This document shows positions 29,158 to 37,699 of a stretch of 64,000 bases of DNA, one piece after another. The DNA lies in NCBI GenBank assembly GCA_049521795.1, contig JBEKOM010000001.1:352001-416000 (forward strand). The letters run 5' to 3'. The position numbers and the translations under genes are program-made. This stretch comes from Candidatus Bathyarchaeia archaeon (GTDB taxonomy: Archaea; Thermoproteota; Bathyarchaeia; Bathyarchaeales; Bathycorpusculaceae). The notes below the pieces were generated by a model. That model saw only the letters and a list, made by a program, of their open reading frames with translations. It had not been told where the DNA came from and ran no database searches. Numbering within the stretch: the first letter of the stretch is position 1; the number at the start of each line of letters is the position of its first letter.

Positions 29158-29908
29158 AATGCGGTCGATTCGTTTTGACTCTGTCAATCATGATCAACAG
29201 GATTTGTGTCATGTCCTCTATCTTTGCCTTTCTGACATACCTCATATCGTCGAGGTATTCAATCACTTGATGAGCTTTCGAATTTACGTCTCTTCTGAAG
29301 GGATGAACGATATTCAGAAATTTCTCTATCAAAACATGTTGATCAGGATCGAAGTCGGGTTTGTGCTCCTTCAGATTCTTAAGAAGAACTCCGAAATCAT
29401 GCGCCCGTCTATTGGAGATATCATAATAAAGCGATATGTTTTGAACCCCGAATTTGTATTCAAGCAAGTTGTAAAGGAGATTTTCTATCAACTTCCTTGT
29501 TAGCATGTAAGTAGCATTCGGCAGTTTCGGATTACTGTATGCTGTGTTGATCTCGTCTTCAAGAGTATTGTAAAAGGTTTGAGGATATTTCCCCTTGAAT
29601 CGTAACAGTCGTCGAGTTGAGGATTGAGGACGTTTCTGACTTCCCTTTCGAGTTGTTGGAACCTTAACCTGAGTTGGTATTTTTTGTGTTTCTAAGTGTT
29701 GATTCAGTTCCACGATCTTTTGCCTTGGCACCGAGAACATAGGTTTGGCAACGTTGATCTTGTTTTCATGGGCAATCAGAAGAAGTGCAACATCTGGATC
29801 TGTAATGCCTTCTTCTATTCTTTTGTTTGCGACAAGATTGTGTAGCTGTCTCTCTTTGATCTGTAATTTTTTGCAGAGAATCTCTCTAAGCTTTTTCGGA
29901 AGAGTCAT
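29156..29908 (-). CDS. Putative HEPN/DUF4145-like protein with an N-terminal helical domain
   Basis: EINTAY...ATYMLTRKLIENLL helix and R-x6-H motif (RDVNSKAH). Confidence 0.6.
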   Translation of the reverse strand: MTLPKKLREILCKKLQIKERQLHNLVANKRIEEGITDPDVALLLIAHENKINVAKPMFSVPRQKIVELNQHLETQKIPTQVKVPTTRKGSQKRPQSSTRRLLRFKGKYPQTFYNTLEDEINTAYSNPKLPNATYMLTRKLIENLLYNLLEYKFGVQNISLYYDISNRRAHDFGVLLKNLKEHKPDFDPDQHVLIEKFLNIVHPFRRDVNSKAHQVIEYLDDMRYVRKAKIEDMTQILLIMIDRVKTNRPH

Positions 29909-30182
29909 CTGATCCCTTTGAGGGAGTCTTGGTTTTGTCCTTCTTATCTTTGTACAGAGCTTGGTGTACAGCTGGCTGACTAATTCCGAGTAAATCAGCT
30001 ATCTCTTGTTCGGAGAAATCAAACACTCTCAGAAAGCGCGCATTCGCCGTTGTTCCAGCGTCACGCCTTATTTGTCCAGAAGCGTATACTTTGGTCAGAT
30101 TCTGTATTGCCTTAATGATAGTATTGAACTGTCTTGGCTCTATAGAGATCGTTTGATTTGCTTCCTTTTTGGATCGGCTCAT
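29886..30182 (-). CDS. Small HTH protein
   Basis: FSEQEIADLLGISQPAVHQAL; ATGA overlap with the upstream gene. Confidence 0.75.
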   Translation of the reverse strand: MSRSKKEANQTISIEPRQFNTIIKAIQNLTKVYASGQIRRDAGTTANARFLRVFDFSEQEIADLLGISQPAVHQALYKDKKDKTKTPSKGSDDSSEKA

Positions 30183-30439
30183 TTTTCTTCCTTCTTTGTT
30201 GAAGCTTTTCCTGCTAGAATTCGACTTATTGTAGGCTGGGAAAGATGAAGGATTCTCCCAATTTCCTCTTGACTGTAATTGGCTGAATTTAGAAGCCACA
30301 CATTCCGATCTGTTTCATTTTCTTTTGTGCCACTTAGAGCCATAACTCTAAGATAGTTCTGCAAGAATTTCTGCAGTTCCTTGAATTGGGCATTAGTGAA
30401 AGTAACGGAATTATCCTCATTATGTGTCTTTTCACTCAT
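30179..30439 (-). CDS. Small HTH protein
   Basis: YSQEEIGRILHLSQPTISRIL; TTAAATA box 23-29 nt upstream. Confidence 0.75.
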   Translation of the reverse strand: MSEKTHNEDNSVTFTNAQFKELQKFLQNYLRVMALSGTKENETDRNVWLLNSANYSQEEIGRILHLSQPTISRILAGKASTKKEEK

Positions 30440-30588
30440 AAATTCGAATGATCGTTCGGAGTATTTAAGATTGTATTAAAGCGCGTATGTTGTTTAGGTG
30501 ATTCTTTTGTGGGTTGGAGCGCGAGCGTGATGCGAGCGCGACATAGCGGTTAAGCATGATATTGAATAGAAAAAGGGGGATTTGTTTT

Positions 30589-31455
30589 TTATTTGCGTCT
30601 TCGGTAGAGTTTGTATCCGTCTATATCGTTAACGTATTGGTATCCTGCTTCGATTAGTTGTACGGCTTCTGTTTTGTTGTTTGTGGCTTTGCAAGTGTAT
30701 TCTTCTTCTCCGCCTGTTGTTATTCCTCTTATGTAGTGCATTGTTGTTTCTAGTTTTTTGTGTCTTAGGTGGCGCATTACTGCTATGGGGTCTTGTGTTT
30801 TGTAGTAGAGTTGTGCGCCTGAGTAGTTTCTGAGGTTTTGTAGGTGGATTTTGTTTAGTTCTGGTTTGCATAGTTTTTGTGATGCTCTTTTTCTTGTTCG
30901 TCTCCAGATGTCGCCCATTATTTCTGATGTTGGGAATGGGTGTTCTTGTGGGTTTTTGTGTAGGTAGATTCTGAGCATCTCGGCTGTGCGGGTTTTGAGT
31001 TTGTATGTGCCTGATGCGTGGCCTTTGTGTCCTCTGATGCTGATTAGTCCTTGTTCATGGTCTATGTCGGCTTGTGAGACGTTTTCTAGTTCTTTTCCTT
31101 CCGCTCCTATTTCTGCTAGGAGTGTGAAGATTATGGAATAGTGTTCGGTTGCTGTGTCTATTATTGCGTTTACGTTTTCTGTTGTTGGTATTAGTGGGGT
31201 TTTTTCTTCTGTTTTGTAGTATGGCTTGTTCCACGTGATACCTTGTTTTTGACAGTATTTGTCATAGACGTAGAGGAACTTGTTTTTTGATTCGTCTGAG
31301 AGGGGTCTTTTTGTTTTTTGGTTCTTTGCTTCTGCTATGTATAGTTTGACGGCTTCGGGGTTTGTTATGTCGGTTTCTCTTGCGAGTTGTCTGAGTTTGC
31401 AGTCTATATGTGTGCGTGTTGCTTCTTTGATTCCGTCGGCTTTTAGTGCTATCAT
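30589..31455 (-). CDS. Tyrosine recombinase/integrase (frame stays open to 31713 through the tRNA; start uncertain)
   Basis: RGHKGH, LQNLRNYSG and VMRHLRHKKLETTMHY; box I reads EIGAEGKE. Confidence 0.8.
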   Translation of the reverse strand: MIALKADGIKEATRTHIDCKLRQLARETDITNPEAVKLYIAEAKNQKTKRPLSDESKNKFLYVYDKYCQKQGITWNKPYYKTEEKTPLIPTTENVNAIIDTATEHYSIIFTLLAEIGAEGKELENVSQADIDHEQGLISIRGHKGHASGTYKLKTRTAEMLRIYLHKNPQEHPFPTSEIMGDIWRRTRKRASQKLCKPELNKIHLQNLRNYSGAQLYYKTQDPIAVMRHLRHKKLETTMHYIRGITTGGEEEYTCKATNNKTEAVQLIEAGYQYVNDIDGYKLYRRRK

Positions 31456-31526
31456 TGTGTTGATGATGGTTTGCTCGATTTTTGGTGGGATAAGGTTTAT
31501 CTCGTTTGCGAATCGTCCTTGTATTC

Positions 31527-31641
31527 GGGCCCGTAGTCTAGTCTGGATACCAGAGTCCGACACGAATTTTCCAGTTTCGTGGATTAAGACGCTGGCCTGC
31601 GGAGCCGGAGACCCAGGGTTCAAATCCCTGCGGGCCCGCCA
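31527..31641 (+). tRNA. tRNA-Arg(GCG) with a 36-nt D-loop insertion (31549-31584), CCA encoded
   Basis: GGGCCCG acceptor stem, CTGGC-CTGCGGA-GCCGG anticodon arm, GGTTCAAATCC T-arm and GCCA end. Confidence 0.85.
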
Positions 31642-31785
31642 AAACCTTGTATGAAGTGTCTGCGTGCGCGCTCCTTGGCAAATAGGTACCTGGGGATAGA
31701 GGAGCTCAAGCACGTTGAGGAGTGAGAAGAAATTCTCTTAAGAACGCGTGCTGTATGCATGAGGTAGACTCTTGGAAGGAACCTT

Positions 31786-32706
31786 ATGGTTTCAGAAGTC
31801 CTCATCGAGGCGCAGAACCTGACGAAGAAGTATGACGATTTCGTTGCGGTGGATAACATAAACTTTCAAGTCTTCAAGGGTGAATGTTGCGGTTTTCTTG
31901 GGCCCAACGGTGCGGGAAAGACGACAACAATCAAAATGATTCACTGTGTCTTGCCCCCCGCGTCAGGCAAGCTAACGGTGGCGGGAATAAGTGTGTCCGA
32001 AAACCCGAGAGAAATAAAGAAGATGATAGGCGTCTCCCCTCAGGAAGAAAATCTCGACCCAGACTTCAGCGTCATAACCAACCTGACCGTCTATGCCCGC
32101 TACTTTGACATTTCGAAACGTGATGCATGCGCGCGAGCTGAGGAGATGCTTAAGTTCTTTCAGTTGGAAGAAAAACGCGATGTCATCATTGCTCAACTGT
32201 CGACTGGCATGAAACGCCGATTAATTCTCGCTAGGGCATTGATCAACGAACCGCGGATACTTTTGCTGGATGAACCTACGACGGGGCTTGACCCTCAGGC
32301 GCGTCACTTGATCTGGGACAAGGTTCGAAGCCTGAAGAAATCGGGGGTGACCATAATCTTGACGACGCATTACATGGATGAGGCGGCTGAACTGTGCGAC
32401 CGCACACTGATCATGGATAATGGCAAGATCATCGAAGAAGGCACTCCGACAGACCTAGTCAGAAAACACGTTGGAGAAGAAGTTATGGAAGTCGATTACG
32501 ATGACAAAGCCGTGGCAGCGATCAAAAATAAATTCCCAGACGCTCGGCTGGAAATCGTGGGTGACAGGATCCAAGTTTTTGCCACTGAGCCTCATGGAGT
32601 GTTCGCCAGCTTTCTCGAAGATTTTCCAACGAGGAGTGCCACCGTTCGGAACGCTAACCTCGAGGACGTTTTCTTGAAACTGACCGGGAGGAAGCTCAGA
32701 GAATGA
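31786..32706 (+). CDS. ABC transporter ATP-binding protein (NodI/DrrA-like)
   Basis: GPNGAGKT, LSTGMKRR, LLLDEPT and LTTHYM. Confidence 0.93.
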   Translation: MVSEVLIEAQNLTKKYDDFVAVDNINFQVFKGECCGFLGPNGAGKTTTIKMIHCVLPPASGKLTVAGISVSENPREIKKMIGVSPQEENLDPDFSVITNLTVYARYFDISKRDACARAEEMLKFFQLEEKRDVIIAQLSTGMKRRLILARALINEPRILLLDEPTTGLDPQARHLIWDKVRSLKKSGVTIILTTHYMDEAAELCDRTLIMDNGKIIEEGTPTDLVRKHVGEEVMEVDYDDKAVAAIKNKFPDARLEIVGDRIQVFATEPHGVFASFLEDFPTRSATVRNANLEDVFLKLTGRKLRE

Positions 32707-33509
32707 AAAGGTCCAGCCGCGTTGCCTCCAGCTTCAAACTGCCCGAGTTGACCTACAGAGTCTGGAAGGTTTGGCGCAGAAACTTTGACGTGTTCATGAA
32801 AACGTACAAAGTCAACTTTTTCCCGCCTCTGCTTGAACCCATCTTCTACCTTGCAGCATTGGGCTTCGGACTGGGAAGCTTCGTCTCGGCTACGCAACTC
32901 GGTTACTCCTACGTCAAGTTCATCGCACCAGCCTTGGTGTCCATCTCCATCATGTACTCTTCATTCTTCGAATGTACATACGGTTCGTTTGTCCGAATGT
33001 ATTATCAGAAGACCTTTGACGCTATAATCACCACGCCGATAAGCATTGAAGAAGTCATAGCAGGCGAGCTGTTCTGGGGCGCAACCAGAAGTCTGATCAG
33101 TTCAAGCATAGTCTTGGCCGTCGTAGCTGCCTTTGGGCTAGTCTCAAGTCCACTGGTCTTCTTGCTTCCAATCGTTGCTTTTTTTGCTGGGTTGATGTTT
33201 TCGGCGATAGCAATGTGCTTCACAGCGCTGGCGCCCAACATAGATTTCTTCAACTACCCAGGGTTCCTGTTCATAACCCCGATGTTCCTGCTGAGCGGAA
33301 CCTTCTTTCCTTTAACAATCCTCCCTCAATTCATGCAGATTCTGGCACAGGCAGTTCTCCCCTTAACGCACACCGTGATCCTTGCCAGAGGACTAATGTT
33401 TGGAAACTTCGACCCGACGATGCTCCTCAGCATAGTTTGGATTGGCATAGTCACACTTGCTTTCTTCCTCTTAAGCATAAACCAGATGAAAAAGAAGCTA
33501 ATCAAGTAA
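32703..33509 (+). CDS. ABC-2 permease (NodJ-like)
   Basis: Six TMs, FFECTYGSFVRM and SGTFFP. Confidence 0.9.
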   Translation: MKRSSRVASSFKLPELTYRVWKVWRRNFDVFMKTYKVNFFPPLLEPIFYLAALGFGLGSFVSATQLGYSYVKFIAPALVSISIMYSSFFECTYGSFVRMYYQKTFDAIITTPISIEEVIAGELFWGATRSLISSSIVLAVVAAFGLVSSPLVFLLPIVAFFAGLMFSAIAMCFTALAPNIDFFNYPGFLFITPMFLLSGTFFPLTILPQFMQILAQAVLPLTHTVILARGLMFGNFDPTMLLSIVWIGIVTLAFFLLSINQMKKKLIK

Positions 33510-33537
33510 ACGAATACTGGCCTTCACGTAGACGAGT

Positions 33538-34401
33538 TCAGCGAACATCTTCATATGCTCTCAACAGTTCGTCTATGGCCTTTCCAACGTGTTGTCCTCT
33601 GTAGCCGCCCTCCAAAACGAAGAATGTGGGCTTCTGCAACGCCGCGATCCTCTTGCCAATTCCTCTGTACGCCTTTTCAGACAAGCCAAGCGAAGCTAAG
33701 TCTCCTGCGTAGGTGTCAAACCCTGCCGAAACAGCCACAGCTTCAAACTTGCGCGTGTCCACCGCGCCCAGAGCCTTGTCAAGAGTCTTCAAATAAACCG
33801 TGTCTCCACAGTCAGGCGGAAGTGGAAAGTTGAGGCAGTTCATGTCGGAGGCGGTGCCTGTTCCAGGAAAGTTCGGATGCCGATGAAGAGAAACATACAT
33901 GACCATGTTGTCTCCGTAGAAGACTTCCTGCGTTCCATTCCCGTGATGCCCGTCAATGTCCAAAATCAGAGTAGGCTTACCAAGATACTTCACAGCTATC
34001 GCAACGTTGTTCAAGTAACAGAACCCCCGCGTAGCCGCGCCCAACGCTACGCCGCTTACCCCAGCATGATGGCCTGGAGGACGCATGATACTGAACCCTT
34101 TCAACTTAGCAGCCAGAATCGCCCCGCCTGCTGAAAGCTTGGCAAGCTCGAAGATGTTGTCGTAGGCCGGAGTGTCATCATCCTCAACCAAACCCTTCTT
34201 CAACAACCAAAGGTACTCGTGATCATGAACCTTCAGCAGTTCTTCCTCTGCGGCGGGCTCAGGCGTCACGAAACTGTAGCCCTTCTCTTTCAGAATACTT
34301 TGAGCCTTGCGAACCCTCTCCGGGCCTTCCGTATGCCAAGACCCGTACGTCAAGCACTTTTCTGAAAAGATTATTCTCGTCTTCATACCGTCTGTGTCCA
34401 T
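33538..34401 (-). CDS. Histone deacetylase family protein
   Basis: RPPGHHA, GFC, DIDGHHGNGT, SAGFD and LEGGY. Confidence 0.93.
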   Translation of the reverse strand: MDTDGMKTRIIFSEKCLTYGSWHTEGPERVRKAQSILKEKGYSFVTPEPAAEEELLKVHDHEYLWLLKKGLVEDDDTPAYDNIFELAKLSAGGAILAAKLKGFSIMRPPGHHAGVSGVALGAATRGFCYLNNVAIAVKYLGKPTLILDIDGHHGNGTQEVFYGDNMVMYVSLHRHPNFPGTGTASDMNCLNFPLPPDCGDTVYLKTLDKALGAVDTRKFEAVAVSAGFDTYAGDLASLGLSEKAYRGIGKRIAALQKPTFFVLEGGYRGQHVGKAIDELLRAYEDVR

Positions 34402-34481
34402 GCCGAAATTGGCGATCGTTTCTCAAGCTAAAATATCACTTCACCTCTTAAAAGCTTAGAGAATTGTGGAGCCGTTGACAA

Positions 34482-36446
34482 GTGCCCAAGATCGTCGAAA
34501 ACCCGTTCGCCGCTTTCCGGTCAGAATGCGAAACCAGCCTGACCTACGCCTTGAACAAGCTTCTTCCCGAAGTCCAAATCACAGACTTGGCCTTGGAAAA
34601 ACCGCCGAACCTCGAGTACGGTCAGCTGGCTTCTTCACTGTGCTTTGAGCTCGCCGAAAAAGTGAGTCAAAAACCACTTGATCTGGCGGAGCATCTGGTC
34701 AAAGCCATCGATAAATCGCGATTCATTCTCGTTGAAAAAGTCTCATCAGCCGGCGGAGGCTACGTGAACTTCCATGTTGACTTCGCCAAATTTTCAAAGG
34801 TAGCTCTGAACTCTGTGAGAAAACTTGACGCAGAATATGGCTTCATCAAGACCGAAAAGCCCCTCAAAATCATCGTGGAGCACACGAGCGCCAACCCTCT
34901 TCACCCCATAACGGTTGGGACGGCTCGAAACCCGGTTCTCGGGGACACTATTGCCCGACTGCTCACGTCTAGGGGGCACACGGTCCATCGCCACTTTTAC
35001 ATCGACGACGTCGGCCGTCAATCGTCAGTCATCGCCTATGGTTACGAGAAACTGGGCAAGCCGAAGCCAGACGAGAAACCCGATGAGTACATCGGCAAGA
35101 TTTACACTATTACGAGCTGCTTCGTCGAAATCAACCGCCTGAAAAGAGAGCTTGAGCGTGCAAAAACTGTCGCTGCGGACGAGGAAACTCTGAAGTTCAC
35201 TAGGGAATTGGACGACTGGATGGCCGTCGCCGCAGACCTGAAGGGCAGGTATCCTGAACTTTTCGAAACGCTGTTGACGAGGATCGGCGAGGACGAAAAC
35301 CCAGAGACCGCGATAAAAATTCTCAATCAGGCGTATGAGGCGGCGGACAAAAAAGCCAAGGCCCTCGTCAGGACGGTCAGCGAACTGTGTCTGGAAGGCT
35401 TCAGGGAAACGCTGGGCAAGATCGGTGTTGTCATAGATTCTTGGGACTGGGAAAGCGACCTGGTGTGGAGCGGGCGAGTTGAAGAGGTTCTGCGGCAACT
35501 CAAGAAGTCTCGGTTCACTCACGCTGAGGGCGGGGTTCTGGAATTCGACGCTGAAAGAGTCGTGAGAGAACTTGGCCTCTGGCAGCGGCTCGGCTTAAGG
35601 GAGGGCCATGATATTCCGTCTTTGACTCTCGTGCGCGCTGACGGTACGACGCTTTACACAACGCGGGACGTTGCCTACACCTTGCTCAAGTTTGAAAAAG
35701 CCGAGAAAGTTATCAACGTCATAGGCATGGAACAGAGCCTCGCTCAGCTGCAGCTGAGAATAGCCCTGCACGCTCTGGGTTACGGCAAGTGCGCAGACAG
35801 TCTGGTTCACTTCGCCTATAACCTGGTCACTTTTCCAGGCTATAAGATGTCCAGTCGCAGAGGGCGTTACATTACTCTTGACGAAGTCTTAGACGAAGCT
35901 GTAAAACGAGCGTACGAAGAGGTTTCGAAGCGCTCTCCAGAACTTTCGAACGGAGAAAAACAGAAGATCGCGGACTTCGTGGGAAAAGGTGCGGTGCGCT
36001 ACGCGCTCGTCGAGGTTGACACTTCGAAACCAGTAATGTTCACTTGGGACCGCGTCCTCAATTTTGAAAGAAACAGCGCACCCTACATTCAGTACACCCA
36101 CGCGCGAGCCTGCAGCATCTTGCGAAAAGCAGCTAGGAACCCTGCGGAACCAGCGTATGAACAACTGAAAGAAGATCTGGAGCGCGAAATGATAATCACG
36201 TTGGCCAGTTTTCCAGACACGTTCGTAGAGGCAACGGAGTACCTCAAACCCAACCTCATCGCTGACTTTGCAAACAGCTTAGCGGACAAGTTCAACACCT
36301 TCTACAGCGCACGCGAGCGCTTTCCAGTGATAAACGCAAAGCCTAGAGGGCTCAGCGATGCACGACTCGCCTTGACCGACTCTGTCAAGATAGTGCTTCG
36401 GAACGCATTGAACCTAATCGGTGTGTTGGCCCCGGAGAGAATGTGA
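34482..36446 (+). CDS. argS: Arginine--tRNA ligase
   Basis: VEHTSANPLHP, RADGTTLY, KMSSRRG and APYIQYTHAR. Confidence 0.95.
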   Translation: MPKIVENPFAAFRSECETSLTYALNKLLPEVQITDLALEKPPNLEYGQLASSLCFELAEKVSQKPLDLAEHLVKAIDKSRFILVEKVSSAGGGYVNFHVDFAKFSKVALNSVRKLDAEYGFIKTEKPLKIIVEHTSANPLHPITVGTARNPVLGDTIARLLTSRGHTVHRHFYIDDVGRQSSVIAYGYEKLGKPKPDEKPDEYIGKIYTITSCFVEINRLKRELERAKTVAADEETLKFTRELDDWMAVAADLKGRYPELFETLLTRIGEDENPETAIKILNQAYEAADKKAKALVRTVSELCLEGFRETLGKIGVVIDSWDWESDLVWSGRVEEVLRQLKKSRFTHAEGGVLEFDAERVVRELGLWQRLGLREGHDIPSLTLVRADGTTLYTTRDVAYTLLKFEKAEKVINVIGMEQSLAQLQLRIALHALGYGKCADSLVHFAYNLVTFPGYKMSSRRGRYITLDEVLDEAVKRAYEEVSKRSPELSNGEKQKIADFVGKGAVRYALVEVDTSKPVMFTWDRVLNFERNSAPYIQYTHARACSILRKAARNPAEPAYEQLKEDLEREMIITLASFPDTFVEATEYLKPNLIADFANSLADKFNTFYSARERFPVINAKPRGLSDARLALTDSVKIVLRNALNLIGVLAPERM

Positions 36447-36637
36447 AAGTCCACGCTTCGTACGTTTGACCACAGATGTCGCGGAGCTTGTCCCGATCCT
36501 GCTGGCTCCGCCTCGATCATTACCGCAGCGTCAGCACAAGTTCCTATCCCACCTGCTGCCTTCGCACTTTCAGTCTCCATCTTTTCTCAAAAGAAACTTT
36601 CATATACAGGTCGAATAATCTGAAGTGGGGCGCTGTT

Positions 36638-37699
36638 ATGAAGGAATCTTACTTCAAGAGAAAAGTTCAGTCCATTGAAGTTGGCAAAAAGAGTGTTTCC
36701 CAGCTTCTGGCCGAGATGGGCAAGACGGCTTATCAGGGTAGAAAGCTTGGAGAAGCTGTCGACGTTTGGGAGGCCATGCTAAAAGAAAAAGAGCTCACGA
36801 TCATAATGGGTTTTGCGGGTTCGATGAGCACTGCGGGCCAGTGGAAGATCGTCAACTGGCTGATTGAGAACCGCTACATTGACGTTCTTGTTTCAACAGG
36901 TGCCAACGTCTCCGAGGACATCGTAGATGCTATGGGCTTCGGTTATTGGCAAGGTTCTCAACATGTTAATGATGAGGAGCTTCTGAAAGCGGATGTGAAC
37001 AGGTACTACGATGTTTTCGGGAAAGAAACGGACTATCGAGAGATGGAGCTGCTCATGACTGAGGGCCTCATGAAGTTGAAGAAGGACTATGCGTACACTT
37101 CATCGGAGCTTCTCTACGTTTTCGGCAAATACTTGAGCGAAAAGGGCGTGAAGAGCATAGCTGCCACAGCGGCAGAGAACAAGGTTCCAGTGTTCTGCCC
37201 AGCCATAACCGACAGTGCTTATGGGGAAGCATTCATCATGGCAAAGAACGCGGGGCACTCGGTCGTGCTAGATCAAGTGAAGGAGTTCGACCAGTTCGTA
37301 GGCATAGGAGAGAAAACCAAGAACGTCGGCGTCGTTTACATAGGCGGCGGCGTGCCGAAAGACTTCACGCAGCTTATTGCCATATCTGTCTCGCCTAAAA
37401 CAAACGATAAAGGAGTGCCAGGAAGGAGGGGCCATCTTCGCAAAGGCCTGAAGGAGTACTACTACCCGCACAAGTACGCGATTCAGATCACTTCGGACTC
37501 GCCTCAGTGGGGCGGCTTGTCAGGGTGCACCTTGGAAGAGGCTATAAGCTGGGGAAAAATCGACGAGGGCGGAGAGAGAGCAGTGTGCTATTGCGACGCG
37601 ACGATAGCTTTGCCTCTGATTACGCATGCGCTTTGCGAGAGAGTTAAGACGAAGAGGAAAGCCCCAGACATGTCGTGGCTCTTCAGCGGCGTCTCCTAG
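36638..37699 (+). CDS. Deoxyhypusine synthase-like protein (paralog)
   Basis: VSTGAN, IGGGVPKDF and GGLSGCTLEEAISWGK. Confidence 0.85.
   Translation: MKESYFKRKVQSIEVGKKSVSQLLAEMGKTAYQGRKLGEAVDVWEAMLKEKELTIIMGFAGSMSTAGQWKIVNWLIENRYIDVLVSTGANVSEDIVDAMGFGYWQGSQHVNDEELLKADVNRYYDVFGKETDYREMELLMTEGLMKLKKDYAYTSSELLYVFGKYLSEKGVKSIAATAAENKVPVFCPAITDSAYGEAFIMAKNAGHSVVLDQVKEFDQFVGIGEKTKNVGVVYIGGGVPKDFTQLIAISVSPKTNDKGVPGRRGHLRKGLKEYYYPHKYAIQITSDSPQWGGLSGCTLEEAISWGKIDEGGERAVCYCDATIALPLITHALCERVKTKRKAPDMSWLFSGVS

Larger units (their letters stand above)
27786..31641. mobile_element. Putative integrated element (or remnant) at the 5' end of tRNA-Arg(GCG)
   Basis: Tyrosine recombinase abutting the tRNA, lower GC and strong strand skew, orphan genes, and a degenerate copy of the tRNA 5' end at 27786. 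Confidence 0.6.

Noticed and set aside
28864-29187. Minus-strand ORF with integrase-like A/C-rich composition
   Set aside because: It overlaps both neighbours and has no credible start; treated as element backbone or a gene remnant.
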